From a virus (Duplodnaviria > Heunggongvirae > Uroviricota > Caudoviricetes), in the IMG/VR virus record IMGVR_UViG_2897328257_000002: a stretch of DNA of 35,771 nucleotides; one strand, 5' to 3'. Shown piece by piece: positions 18,208 through 27,521 of this stretch (the stretch's first letter is position 1; each line of letters begins with the position of its first letter). Below the pieces are notes generated by a model, which did not search any database, was not told the origin of the DNA, and was given only the letters and a program-made list of their open reading frames with translations. The position numbers and the translations under genes were made by a program.

Positions 18208-18423
18208 ATGACGCTTGAGCGAATCAGCGCCTTTATCACGTACTGCATCGCCGTTGTGCTGGCCTGGCTGGGCGATTTGTCCATCAAGGATGCCTCAACG
18301 CTGGGCGGCCTGATGATTGGTGTGCTGATGCTGGCTATCAACTGGTACTACAAACACAAAGCCTACCAGCTTCTGCGCGACGGGCAGATCTCGCGGGAGG
18401 ACTATGAATCCATCAATCGTTAA
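18208..18423 (+). CDS. Holin, two-TM pinholin-like (71 aa)
   Basis: Two hydrophobic segments (ISAFITYCIAVVLAWLG and LGGLMIGVLMLAINWYY) and a charged C-terminus; immediately upstream of and overlapping the endolysin gene. Confidence 0.7.
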   Translation: MTLERISAFITYCIAVVLAWLGDLSIKDASTLGGLMIGVLMLAINWYYKHKAYQLLRDGQISREDYESINR

Positions 18424-18916
18424 ACGCTGCCTTGTCGGGGGCGTGCTGGCTATTGCTGCCACGCTGCCGGGTTTTCAGCAGCTTCACACCTCCGTGGAGG
18501 GGCTGAAACTGATTGCCGATTACGAAGGCTGTCGTCTGCAGCCGTATCAGTGCAGCGCGGGTGTCTGGACCGACGGCATTGGTAATACATCGGGCGTCAT
18601 TCCCGGCAAAACAATCACGGAACGACAGGCAGCAGAAGGGCTGATCTCCAACGTGCTGCGTGTGGAGCGGGCACTGGAAAGGTGTGTGAAGCAACAGCCA
18701 CCACAGAAGGTGTATGACGCTACGGTGTCGTTTGCCTTCAACGTGGGGACGGGCAATGCCTGTAGTTCCACGCTGGTGAAATTGCTCAATCAGCGGCGCT
18801 GGGCGGATGCGTGCCGACAGTTGCCGCGCTGGGTTTATGTAAAAGGTGCGTTTAATCAGGGGCTGGATAACCGCCGTGCGCGGGAGATGGCTTGGTGTTT
18901 ACAGGGAGCAAACTGA
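18404..18916 (+). CDS. Endolysin, lysozyme-type with N-terminal signal-anchor-release (SAR) segment
   Basis: 170 aa; Gly/Ala-rich weakly hydrophobic N-terminus CLVGGVLAIAATLPG followed by a lysozyme-like E...D...T region (VEGLKLIADYEGCRLQPY...WTDGIGNT). GGGAGG RBS. Confidence 0.8.
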   Translation: MNPSIVKRCLVGGVLAIAATLPGFQQLHTSVEGLKLIADYEGCRLQPYQCSAGVWTDGIGNTSGVIPGKTITERQAAEGLISNVLRVERALERCVKQQPPQKVYDATVSFAFNVGTGNACSSTLVKLLNQRRWADACRQLPRWVYVKGAFNQGLDNRRAREMAWCLQGAN

Positions 18917-18917
18917 A

Positions 18918-19295
18918 ATGAAAAAGAAATTAATCAGCGGACTGTTTCTGATGTTATGGATGGCGCTGTTAGTCGCAGCAATGGTGTATCCGCAGGGGAT
19001 TTTTCCGGTACTGGCAGCGTCCGGCGTTTGGGTAGCCTGTTTGCTGACATGGGCGGTAATTCCTGTAGCACTGGCTGCGTTAATTAAGAATGGCCCGCTC
19101 TGGCAGGAGTTAAGGGCATCTTTGCTGAAGACAATTACCCGAAAAGAAAACGTATTTATCACCTGGGTGATGCGATTGCTGATTGTTGTAAGTCTCGCTT
19201 GGACGGGGTGGGCTATTACCCTGGTCTTTTATCTACTGACCGTTATTGCCTTCTGGATCACCCGTAATCAGATGGCGCAACAGGTAGCAGCATGA
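18918..19295 (+). CDS. lysA: LysA-like membrane protein (lysis timing, 4 predicted TM helices)
   Basis: ATG at 18918 right after the endolysin stop; 125 aa, strongly hydrophobic; position as P2 lysA. Confidence 0.65.
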   Translation: MKKKLISGLFLMLWMALLVAAMVYPQGIFPVLAASGVWVACLLTWAVIPVALAALIKNGPLWQELRASLLKTITRKENVFITWVMRLLIVVSLAWTGWAITLVFYLLTVIAFWITRNQMAQQVAA

Positions 19296-19720
19296 ACCGG
19301 TTGCTGCTGGTTGTGCTGGCGTTATTACTGGCGGCGCTGGGCTGGCAGACGTGGCGGCTGGCTGATGCCAGCCAGACCATTAGCACGCAGGCAGACGAGC
19401 TGCAGAGCAAAAGCCAGGCACTGGCAAAGAGCAACAGCCAGCTTATCAGCCTGTCCATTCTGACTGAAACCAATAACCGGGAGCAGGCGCGGCTCTATGC
19501 CGAAGCAGAACAGACCAGCGCGCTGCTGAGACAACGACAACACCGGATCGAGGAACTGAAACGTGAGAACGAGGATTTACGCCGCTGGGCTGATACTCCT
19601 TTGCCTGCTGACATTATCCGGCTGCGGGAACGTCCGACGCTCACCGGAGGTGCAGCTTACCGTCAGTGGTTGTCCGCGAGTGACGCCGTGTCGGCTGGAT
19701 CAGGCAGCGCCGCGCACTAA
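19292..19720 (+). CDS. lysB: LysB (Rz-like inner-membrane spanin)
   Basis: 142 aa, N-terminal TM segment then coiled-coil-like region; follows lysA as in P2. Confidence 0.7.
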   Translation: MNRLLLVVLALLLAALGWQTWRLADASQTISTQADELQSKSQALAKSNSQLISLSILTETNNREQARLYAEAEQTSALLRQRQHRIEELKRENEDLRRWADTPLPADIIRLRERPTLTGGAAYRQWLSASDAVSAGSGSAAH

Positions 19721-19853
19721 CGGTGATCTGAACGCGTTGCTGGATGAAACGGAGGCCGCCTGGGCGGTCTGTGCAGACAAAGTGGACATGATTATTGCGT
19801 GTCAGGAGCGAAACAGTGAACAAACCACAATCCCTGCGCCACGCCCTAAATAA
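19563..19853 (+). CDS. lysC: LysC (Rz1-like outer-membrane lipoprotein spanin) embedded in and extending past lysB in another frame
   Basis: GTG start at 19563 with AGGAA 7 nt upstream; signal peptide ending in lipobox LTLSGC; overlaps the lysB 3' end and the R 5' end. Confidence 0.6.
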   Translation: MRTRIYAAGLILLCLLTLSGCGNVRRSPEVQLTVSGCPRVTPCRLDQAAPRTNGDLNALLDETEAAWAVCADKVDMIIACQERNSEQTTIPAPRPK

Positions 19854-20247
19854 AGCGGTGCCTTATGTCCGCAATAACCCGGAAAAACTGCATCTGTTTG
19901 TGGATAACGGTTCGCTGGTTGCCACGGGGGCCAGCTCCATGTCGTGGGAGTACCGTTACACCCTGAACGCGGTGATTGAGGATTTCAGCGGCGACCAGAA
20001 TCTGTTGATGGCCCCGGTTTTACTGTGGCTGAGGGATAACCAGCCCGATGCCATCAATAACCCGGCGTTACGGGAAAAACAATTCACCTTTGAGGTGGAT
20101 ATTCTGCGCAACGATGTCTGTGATATCAGCTTGAACCTGCAACTGACGGAACGTGTGCTGGTCAGCACTGACGGCAGTGTGTCGAGCGTTGAAGCTGTAG
20201 CGGAACCCGATGAACCTGAAGAAATGTGGACGGTGAAACGTGGCTGA
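19816..20247 (+). CDS. R: Tail completion protein R (P2 gpR family)
   Basis: GTG at 19816 behind AGGAG (19804..19808); about 143 aa; order lysis-R-S as in P2. Confidence 0.75.
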   Translation: MNKPQSLRHALNKAVPYVRNNPEKLHLFVDNGSLVATGASSMSWEYRYTLNAVIEDFSGDQNLLMAPVLLWLRDNQPDAINNPALREKQFTFEVDILRNDVCDISLNLQLTERVLVSTDGSVSSVEAVAEPDEPEEMWTVKRG

Positions 20248-20692
20248 ACTGCAGAAAGTGGACGACTGGCTGAGTGCCTTGCTGGCGAATCTGGAATCAG
20301 CCGCCAGAAGCCGCATGATGCGCCAGCTGGCGCAGGAACTGCGCCGGACACAGCAGCAGAATATCAGGATGCAGCGCAACCCTGACGGCAGCAGCTATGA
20401 ACCGCGACGGGTAACAGCACGAAGTAAAAAAGGGCGCATCAAACGTCAGATGTTTGCAAAGCTGCGCACCACAAAATACCTGAAAACCGCCGCCAGCGCG
20501 GATTCTGCCAGCGTACAGTTTGAAGGTAAGGTGCAGCGCATTGCCCGCGTTCATCATTACGGCCTGCGCGATCGCGTCAGTCCAAAGGGGGGAGTCATTA
20601 AGTATCCATCCCGAAAATTGCTGGGTTTAAATGAACATACTGAAAATGAAGTAAGAGATTTACTTTTAAAGTATTTTTTGATGAAAAATTAG
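20240..20692 (+). CDS. S: Tail completion protein S (P2 gpS family)
   Basis: 150 aa, same size as P2 gpS; GTG start overlapping the R stop. Confidence 0.8.
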   Translation: MAELQKVDDWLSALLANLESAARSRMMRQLAQELRRTQQQNIRMQRNPDGSSYEPRRVTARSKKGRIKRQMFAKLRTTKYLKTAASADSASVQFEGKVQRIARVHHYGLRDRVSPKGGVIKYPSRKLLGLNEHTENEVRDLLLKYFLMKN

Positions 20693-20697
20693 AATGT

Positions 20698-21228
20698 TTA
20701 CGCACTTAATAAACTTAAATAACTTTTTATGCTTTGGCAAAAAGGGAAAAGGTCTATTTTAATTTTCCAGTTTTTTTTGTTTTGAACCCCAGAAGCAATA
20801 ATAGAACCATCCCAATATTTTATTCCATTTTTGCCGGTCTTTTTTGTTAACTCAAAACTTAATGCGTGAATAATTTTATTGCAGCATTCGCGTATAGAAC
20901 CTTTAACATGACCATCTATAACAAAAAGTATATTTTCATGTTCTTCAAATGCTTCTTTCTCAGGTGAGTAATCTGGGTTCCACTCATGTTCACTAGTGTC
21001 TTGGAGAATTCGTAGTTTTGTACAAAGGCTAATAAGATTGTTGCTAATGGTATATTCCAACCATCCGTTGTACGATAACTCCTCCATTTCAAATTCAGTT
21101 ACTATAGAATCATCATATACTTTCTGTGTGGAATATATACGCTGTAAATAAAATTCAGATGAACAGCATAATTGCTCAATTATTCTTGCGTGTTCTTCTA
21201 TAGCGTAATAATCAATTGGATGGCTCAT
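20698..21228 (-). CDS. Hypothetical protein (176 aa) in AT-rich moron between S and V (P2 orf30 position)
   Basis: ATG at 21226..21228 (product MSHPIDYYAIEEHARIIEQL...); opposite strand to the flanking late genes; no recognised motif. Confidence 0.6.
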   Translation of the reverse strand: MSHPIDYYAIEEHARIIEQLCCSSEFYLQRIYSTQKVYDDSIVTEFEMEELSYNGWLEYTISNNLISLCTKLRILQDTSEHEWNPDYSPEKEAFEEHENILFVIDGHVKGSIRECCNKIIHALSFELTKKTGKNGIKYWDGSIIASGVQNKKNWKIKIDLFPFCQSIKSYLSLLSA

Positions 21229-21259
21229 TCTTTTACCTTTCTTCGATTGGAATTGTATT

Positions 21260-21277
21260 TGTGTCATTTACCACACA
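21260..21277. promoter_or_regulatory. Late-promoter activator dyad TGT-N12-ACA (TGTGTCATTTACCACACA) upstream of V
   Basis: Exact dyad in the 95-bp intergenic region between the moron start and the V start. Confidence 0.5.
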
Positions 21278-21323
21278 AGGACGTATTGATGCCATAGATT
21301 CAAGGTCCGTGCAACCTAACCCT

Positions 21324-21902
21324 ATGAACGCACAACTAACCGAAATCATGCGCCTTATCACCAACCTGATCCGCACTGGGGTAGTCACCGAAGTGGATCG
21401 GGAGAACTGGCTTTGCCGGGTGAAAACGGGCGAGCTTGAAACCAACTGGATCAGCTGGCTGACGCTGCGTGCCGGAAATGCCCGGACATGGTGGCGACCA
21501 TCGGAAGGTGAGCAGGTGGTGCTGCTGAGTCTGGGCGGCAATCTGGAGACTGCCTTTGCGCTGCCCGCTGTCTATTCGAATCAGTTCGCACCACCGTCGA
21601 CGTCGGCGGACGCCTGCGTGACAGAACATCCTGACGGTGGCTGGTTTGAATACGAACCCGCCACCGGGCGCTGGTATGTCAGGGGCATCAAATCAATGGT
21701 CATTGAGGCCGCTGACAACATCACCCTGAAAACCAATGAGTTTGTACTGGAGGCTGACCGCACGCGCATTAACAGCGAAGTGGTGATCAATGGTGGCGTT
21801 ACCCAGGGCGGCGGAGCGATGAGTTCTAACGGGATCGTGGTTGATGCGCATCAGCATACTGGCGTCCTGAAAGGCGGCGACACAACCGGAGGCCCGGTAT
21901 GA
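21324..21902 (+). CDS. V: Baseplate spike/assembly protein V (P2 gpV family)
   Basis: ATG at 21324; 192 aa; order V-W-J-I as in P2. Confidence 0.85.
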   Translation: MNAQLTEIMRLITNLIRTGVVTEVDRENWLCRVKTGELETNWISWLTLRAGNARTWWRPSEGEQVVLLSLGGNLETAFALPAVYSNQFAPPSTSADACVTEHPDGGWFEYEPATGRWYVRGIKSMVIEAADNITLKTNEFVLEADRTRINSEVVINGGVTQGGGAMSSNGIVVDAHQHTGVLKGGDTTGGPV

Positions 21903-22258
21903 CGCTTTATAGCGGGATGAACAATACCAGCGGTAAAGCCATTACTGATATTGACCATCTGCGCCAGTCGGTGCGGGACATTCTGCTGACGCCGCAGGGT
22001 AGTCGCATTGCCCGTCGGGAATATGGTTCCCTGCTGTCGGCACTGATTGATCAGCCACAAAATCCGGCATTACGCCTGCAGGTTATGTCGGCTGTGTATG
22101 TGGCACTGAGTCGCTGGGAGCCACGGCTGGCGCTCGATTCCATCACTATTAACAGCAATTTTGACGGTTCAATGGTGGTGGAGCTGAGCGGGCGGCGTAA
22201 TAACGGTGTGCCTGTGTCCCTTTCAGTATCAACAGGAGCAGAGAATGGCAGTGATTGA
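21899..22258 (+). CDS. W: Baseplate protein W (GPW/gp25 family)
   Basis: 119 aa; start overlaps the V stop. Confidence 0.85.
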   Translation: MTLYSGMNNTSGKAITDIDHLRQSVRDILLTPQGSRIARREYGSLLSALIDQPQNPALRLQVMSAVYVALSRWEPRLALDSITINSNFDGSMVVELSGRRNNGVPVSLSVSTGAENGSD

Positions 22259-23153
22259 CCTTTCGCAGTTGCCTGCGCCGCAGATTGTGGATGTGCCGGA
22301 CTTTGAGACGCTGCTTGCCGAACGCAAGGCCGGATTTGTTGCGCTTCATCCGAAAGATGAGCAGGAAGCAGTGATCCGCACGCTGGAACTGGAATCTGAA
22401 CCCGTCACCAAATTGCTGCAGGAGAACGCTTACCGTGAGTTGCTTCTGCGCCAGCGCATTAACGAAGCCGCGCAGGCTGTGATGGTGGCTTACGCGATGG
22501 GCAGCGATCTTGACCAGCTCGCTGCCAACTACAACGTGAAACGCCTGACGGTGACGCCTGCTGATAATGACGCTGTGCCGCCCGTTGCAGCTGTGATGGA
22601 AAGCGATGAAGCGTTACGCCTGCGTGTGCCTGCAGCCTTTGAAGGGCTTTCAGTTGCGGGGCCAACTGCAGCTTATGAATTTCATGCCCGAAGCGCCGAC
22701 GGTCGGGTGGCGGATGCCAGTGCAACCAGCCCGGCACCTGCAGAGGTGGTGCTGACTGTCCTTAGCCGCGAAGGCGATGGAACTGCAGAAAAAGACCTGC
22801 TGGACGTGGTGGAAAAAGCTCTGAACAGTGAGAACGTCCGCCCGGTGGCTGACCGTCTTACGGTTCGCAGCGCAGAAATCATCCCGTATCGCGTGGAAGC
22901 CACCATTTTTCTCTATCCTGGACCGGAAGCAGAGCCGGTAATGGCAGCGGCAAAAGCCAGCCTGCAGAAGTACATCGCCAGTCAGACGCGTCTTGGTCGG
23001 GATATTCGCCGTAGCGCCATCTTTGCCGCCCTGCATGTTGAGGGTGTGCAGCGTGTGGAGCTGGCTTCTCCTCTGGAGGATGTGGTCCTGAACAAAACAC
23101 AGGCGGCATCATGTACGCAGTGGAGCGTAACCAACGGAGGAACGGATGAATAG
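22245..23153 (+). CDS. J: Baseplate protein J (P2 gpJ family)
   Basis: ATG at 22245 behind AGGAG (22234..22238); 302 aa, identical in length to P2 gpJ. Confidence 0.85.
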   Translation: MAVIDLSQLPAPQIVDVPDFETLLAERKAGFVALHPKDEQEAVIRTLELESEPVTKLLQENAYRELLLRQRINEAAQAVMVAYAMGSDLDQLAANYNVKRLTVTPADNDAVPPVAAVMESDEALRLRVPAAFEGLSVAGPTAAYEFHARSADGRVADASATSPAPAEVVLTVLSREGDGTAEKDLLDVVEKALNSENVRPVADRLTVRSAEIIPYRVEATIFLYPGPEAEPVMAAAKASLQKYIASQTRLGRDIRRSAIFAALHVEGVQRVELASPLEDVVLNKTQAASCTQWSVTNGGTDE

Positions 23154-23751
23154 TCTGCTGCCACCGGGTTCAACACCACTGGAGCGCCGACTGGCGCAAA
23201 CCTGCAGCGGGATTTCTGATCTGCAGGTGCCGCTTCGTGACTTGTGGAATCCGGCAACCTGTCCGGTCAGTTTCCTGCCTTATCTCGCCTGGGCGTTCTC
23301 TGTAGATCGCTGGGACGAGGGCTGGACAGAAAGCGTCAAGCGCCAGGTGGTGAAGGATGCTTTTTATATTCATCAGCATAAAGGGACCACCAGTGCCGTG
23401 CGGCGGGTGGTGGAGCCGTTCGGCTTTCTGATCCGCATTATTGAGTGGTGGCAGACCGGAGAGGCACCGGGCACGTTTCGCCTGGATATCGGCGTGCAGG
23501 ACCAGGGTATCACTGAAGATACCTATCTGGAACTTGAGCGACTGATAAGCGATGCCAAACCATGTAGCCGCCACATGATCGGCATGTCCATCAATCTGCA
23601 GACCAGCGGCCCGCATTGGGTGGGAGCCGCCAGCTATCTTGGCGAAGAAATCACGATCTATCCGTATATCAACGAAACGATTATTTCCGGTGGCACCGCG
23701 CATGAAGGCGGGGCGGTCCATGTTATTGACACAATGAGAGTGAATCCATGA
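23146..23751 (+). CDS. I: Baseplate/tail protein I (P2 gpI family)
   Basis: 201 aa; overlaps the J stop and the H start. Confidence 0.8.
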   Translation: MNSLLPPGSTPLERRLAQTCSGISDLQVPLRDLWNPATCPVSFLPYLAWAFSVDRWDEGWTESVKRQVVKDAFYIHQHKGTTSAVRRVVEPFGFLIRIIEWWQTGEAPGTFRLDIGVQDQGITEDTYLELERLISDAKPCSRHMIGMSINLQTSGPHWVGAASYLGEEITIYPYINETIISGGTAHEGGAVHVIDTMRVNP

Positions 23752-24804
23752 GCACAAAATTTTATACCCTGCTGACGGATATTGGCGCGGCGAAACTTGC
23801 CAGCGCCGCCGCGCTCGGTGTGCCGCTAAAAATTACCCATATGGCGGTGGGCGATGGCGGCGGAGTATTGCCAACGCCGGACGCAAAGCAGACGGCACTG
23901 GTAAATGAGAAACGCCGGGCTGCGCTGAATATGCTTTATATCGACCCGCAGAACAGCAGCCAGATTATTGCTGAACAGGTGATCCCTGAAAACGAGGGCG
24001 GTTGGTGGATACGTGAAGTGGGCCTGTTTGATGAGTCCGGGGCATTGATTGCCGTGGGCAACTGCCCGGAAAGCTATAAGCCGCAACTGGCTGAAGGCAG
24101 CGGGCGCACCCAGACCGTGCGCATGGTGCTGATTACCAGCAGTACGGACAATATCACCCTGAAAATCGACCCTGCTGTAGTGCTGGCAACCCGCAAGTAT
24201 GTGGATGACAAGGCACTGGAGCTGAAGGTGTACGTGGATGACCTGATGGCAAAACATCTTGCCGCACCGGACCCGCATTCACAGTATGCACCCAAAGAAA
24301 GTCCGACGTTTACCGGAACCCCCAAAGCGCCAACGCCAGCGGCGGGGAATAATACCACGCAGCTTGCGACCACCGCATTTGTTCAGGCGGCACTGACGGC
24401 TCTTATTAATGGTGCGCCAGCCACGCTGGACACGCTGAAAGAAATAGCCGTAGCCATTAACAATGATCCGAAATTCAGTACCACCATTAACAATGCGCTG
24501 GCACTGAAAGCGCCGCTGTCGAGTCCGGCACTCACCGGAACGCCAACAGCTCCCACGGCGGCGCAGTCGGTCAACAATACACAGATTGCCACTACGGCTT
24601 TTGTGAAATCGGCGATTGCAGGAATGGTGGGTTCTGCACCTGCGGCCCTAGATACACTGAACGAACTGGCGGCGGCGCTGGGGAATGATCCGAACTTTGC
24701 CACGACAATGCTTAATGCGCTGGCAGGTAAACAACCGCTGGACAATACGCTGACTAATTTGAGTGGAAAGGATGTAGCTGGTCTTCTCGCATACCTTGGT
24801 TTGG
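23748..24804 (+). CDS. H: Tail fibre protein H, N-terminal (constant) part only; 3' end truncated by the assembly gap
   Basis: N-terminus MSTKFYTLLTDIGAAKLASAA...MAVGDGGG...ESYKPQLAEGSGRTQTVRMVLITS matches the recalled P2 gpH N-terminal region. Reading frame runs into the N-run at 24805. Confidence 0.85.
24312..24755 (+). repeat. Two tandem ~74-aa tail-fibre repeats within H (TGTPxAPT...NNTQxATTAFV...APAxLDTLxExAxAxxNDPxFxTT)
   Basis: Visible in the H translation (residues ~189-262 and ~263-336). Confidence 0.5.
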
Positions 24805-24815
24805 NNNNNNNNNNN
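24805..24815. other. Assembly gap (11 N)
   Basis: Run of N in the sequence; interrupts the tail-fibre region exactly where an invertible segment is expected. Confidence 0.99.
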
Positions 24816-24980
24816 ACGAATAAACTCACCACGTAAATCAGGCAATTTATTTGTCGGATAAGCCTTTGCCAGTTCCGGGTATTCTTCAGCAGAAAAAGCT
24901 GCACCGTTGCATTTCAGCCAGCCTGTCGGCGGAGTGGCTGAAGGCCATGGAACAGGTACACCAACAGGTAATGCCGAACC
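24816..24980 (-). CDS. 5' fragment of an alternative tail-fibre variable (C-terminal) segment in inverted orientation; remainder lost in the gap
   Basis: Minus-strand translation ...SALPVGVPVPWPSATPPTGWLKCNGAAFSAEEYPELAKAYPTNKLPDLRGEFIR carries the PWPS...YP.LA.AYP...PD.RG motif recalled from variable tail-fibre ends of the Mu S / P1 S / P2 H type. Lies just inside the candidate inversion site next to the invertase gene. Confidence 0.5.
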
Positions 24981-25006
24981 TTCTCCCAAACCAACGTTTA
25001 AGAAAA
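24981..25006. promoter_or_regulatory. Candidate Hin/Gin-type inversion crossover site (TTCTCCCAAACCAACGTTTAAGAAAA)
   Basis: 26-bp imperfect palindrome with AAACC-AA-(G)GTTT core resembling recalled hix/gix sites; located between the variable fibre fragment and the invertase gene. Confidence 0.45.
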
Positions 25007-25061
25007 TGCAGCGATTACGGCTAACTGGCATCATCCCCGGTTTTTATTCAGGGGGATGATC

Positions 25062-25628
25062 ATGCTTATTGGCTATGTACGCGTGTCAACAAATGACCAG
25101 AACACCGATTTGCAACGTAATGCACTGAACTGCGCGGGATGTGAGCGGATTTTTGAGGATAAAATCAGTGGCACTAAGTCCGACAGACCAGGGTTGAAAA
25201 AACTGCTCAGGACACTATCGGCAGGAGACACGCTGGTTGTCTGGAAGCTGGACAGGTTGGGGCGCAGTATGCGGCATCTTGTTACGCTGATAGAAGAGTT
25301 GCGTCAGCGAGGCGTGAATTTCCGAAGCCTGACTGACAGTATTGATACCAGCACCCCAATGGGCCGTTTCTTTTTTCATGTCATGGGTGCCCTGGCTGAA
25401 ATGGAACGCGAACTGATAGTTGAACGTACCAGGGCAGGGCTGGCTGCAGCTCGTGCCAAAGGCAGAGTAGGTGGACGCCGTCCTAAGTTGACCACCGAAC
25501 AGTGGGCACAGATTGGGCGTTTACTCGAGGCCGGAGAATCAAGACAGCGTATTGCACTGATTTTTGATGTAGGCGTTTCTACCATTTATAGAAAATTTCC
25601 GGCAAATAAGAGCAATGAATCTCCCTGA
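25062..25628 (+). CDS. Serine-recombinase DNA invertase (Gin/Hin/Pin/Cin family)
   Basis: MLIGYVRVSTNDQNTDLQRNAL... with catalytic serine context VRVSTNDQ and C-terminal HTH (VGVSTIYRKF); essentially collinear with recalled Gin. ATG at 25062 behind GGGGG; an alternative ATG at 25056 is in frame. Confidence 0.9.
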   Translation: MLIGYVRVSTNDQNTDLQRNALNCAGCERIFEDKISGTKSDRPGLKKLLRTLSAGDTLVVWKLDRLGRSMRHLVTLIEELRQRGVNFRSLTDSIDTSTPMGRFFFHVMGALAEMERELIVERTRAGLAAARAKGRVGGRRPKLTTEQWAQIGRLLEAGESRQRIALIFDVGVSTIYRKFPANKSNESP

Positions 25629-25675
25629 ATCAGCATTATTTTGATTATCCCTGCAGCAGACAAATACCGTCATTT

Positions 25676-25693
25676 TGTGTGAATAACGGTACA
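25676..25693. promoter_or_regulatory. Late-promoter activator dyad TGT-N12-ACA (TGTGTGAATAACGGTACA) upstream of FI
   Basis: Exact dyad about 85 bp upstream of the FI start. Confidence 0.55.
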
Positions 25694-25769
25694 ACTGCGC
25701 TTAGCTGTTTGTCAGGCACAATCACTTCAACATAGGGCGAAGCCTAATCCAATCAGGAGGTTCGCCACT

Positions 25770-26942
25770 ATGGCTCAGGATTACCACCACGGGGTGCGCG
25801 TTGTTGAAGTCAACGAAGGCACCCGATCCATTACCACGGTGAGCACCGCCATCGTGGGTATGGTCTGCACGGGCGATGATGCCGATGCAAAAATGTTTCC
25901 TCTTAATAAACCCGTGCTGATCACTGATGTGCTGACTGCCAGCGGTAAAGCGGGTGAGTCCGGTACGCTGGCCCGTTCGCTGGACGCCATCGCTGACCAG
26001 GCAAAACCCGTGACCGTTGTTGTGCGTGTGCCGCAGGGTGAAACGGAAGAAGAAACCACGACCAATATCATCGGCGCAGTGACTGCTGAAGGTAAAAAAA
26101 CAGGCATGAAAGCCCTGTTATCTGCCCAGTCACAGCTCGGCGTTAAACCGCGCATTCTCGGCGTGCCAGGTCACGACACGAAGGCGGTAGCTACTGAGTT
26201 GCTGAGCGTGGCGCAAAGCCTGCGTGGGTTTGCTTACCTGTCAGCGTATGGTTGCAAGACGGTGCAGGAAGCAATCACTTACCGTGAAAACTTCAGTCAG
26301 CGTGAAGGAATGCTGATCTGGCCCGACTTTACTGGCTGGGACACGGTGCTGAATGCCGAAGCAACGGCTTATGCCACCGCCCGTGCGCTCGGTCTGCGCG
26401 CCAAAATTGATGAGCAGACCGGATGGCACAAAAGCCTGTCCAACGTGGGCGTGAACGGTGTCACCGGAATTTCTGCTGATGTGTTCTGGGATCTGCAGGA
26501 CCCGGCAACCGATGCAGGTCTGCTGAACCAGAACGACGTCACCACGCTTGTGCGCAAGGATGGTTTCCGCTTCTGGGGTTCCCGCTGTCTGAGCGATGAT
26601 CCGCTTTTTGCTTTCGAAAACTACACCCGCACGGCGCAGGTGCTGACGGACACGATGGCAGAAGCACACATGTGGGCGGTGGACAAACCGCTGAACCCGT
26701 CGCTGGCCCGCGACATTATCGAAGGTATCCGCGCCAAAATGCGCAGCCTGGTCAGTCAGGGCTATCTCATTGGTGGTGATTGCTGGCTGGACGAGTCGGT
26801 GAACGACAAAGACACGCTTAAAGCCGGAAAACTCACCATCGACTACGACTACACGCCAGTGCCGCCACTTGAAAATCTGATGCTGCGCCAGCGCATCACC
26901 GATCAGTACCTGGTGAATTTCGCCAGCCAGGTCAGCGCGTAA
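25770..26942 (+). CDS. FI: Contractile tail sheath protein (P2 gpFI family)
   Basis: 390 aa; AGGAGG RBS; order FI-FII-E-T-U-D as in P2. Confidence 0.9.
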   Translation: MAQDYHHGVRVVEVNEGTRSITTVSTAIVGMVCTGDDADAKMFPLNKPVLITDVLTASGKAGESGTLARSLDAIADQAKPVTVVVRVPQGETEEETTTNIIGAVTAEGKKTGMKALLSAQSQLGVKPRILGVPGHDTKAVATELLSVAQSLRGFAYLSAYGCKTVQEAITYRENFSQREGMLIWPDFTGWDTVLNAEATAYATARALGLRAKIDEQTGWHKSLSNVGVNGVTGISADVFWDLQDPATDAGLLNQNDVTTLVRKDGFRFWGSRCLSDDPLFAFENYTRTAQVLTDTMAEAHMWAVDKPLNPSLARDIIEGIRAKMRSLVSQGYLIGGDCWLDESVNDKDTLKAGKLTIDYDYTPVPPLENLMLRQRITDQYLVNFASQVSA

Positions 26943-26951
26943 GGGGACAAC

Positions 26952-27467
26952 ATGGCTTTACCACGCAAATTAAAACATCTGAACCTGTTTAACGACGGGA
27001 ACAACTGGCAGGGAATCGTTGAGTCGCTGACGCTGCCGAAATTCACCCGCAAATATGAGAAGTATCGCGGCGGCGGTATGCCGGGGGCGGTGGATGTGGA
27101 TCTGGGACTGGATGACAGTGCACTGGATACAGAATTTTCCATTGGTGGTACCGAACTGCTGCTGTTTAAGCAGATGGGCAAATCCACGGTGGATGGCATC
27201 CAGTTGCGCTTTACCGGCTCTATCCAGCGTGACGATACCGGGGAAGTGCAGGCCGTGGAGCTTGTGGTGCGTGGACGTCACAAAGAAGTGGATTCCGGCG
27301 AGTGGAAGACGGGCGAAAGCAACACCACCAAAGTGACCAGTACCAACAGCTACGCGAAGCTGACTATCAATGGTGAGGTGCTCTATGAAGTGGACCTTAT
27401 CAACATGGTGGAAATTGTGGACGGCGTGGACCTGATGGAAGCGCACCGCAACGCCCTCGGCCTCTGA
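26952..27467 (+). CDS. FII: Tail tube protein (P2 gpFII family)
   Basis: 171 aa following the sheath gene. Confidence 0.85.
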   Translation: MALPRKLKHLNLFNDGNNWQGIVESLTLPKFTRKYEKYRGGGMPGAVDVDLGLDDSALDTEFSIGGTELLLFKQMGKSTVDGIQLRFTGSIQRDDTGEVQAVELVVRGRHKEVDSGEWKTGESNTTKVTSTNSYAKLTINGEVLYEVDLINMVEIVDGVDLMEAHRNALGL

Positions 27468-27521
27468 TGTATCTGAACGGCGCGGGATTCCGCGCCAGAA
27501 CCCAATTGACAGGACAGAAAA

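Noticed and set aside
24648-25034. 128-aa minus-strand ORF spanning the N-gap
   Set aside because: The part left of the gap is antisense to gene H, and the part right of the inversion site is read-through. Only 24816..24980 is plausibly coding (variable fibre fragment).
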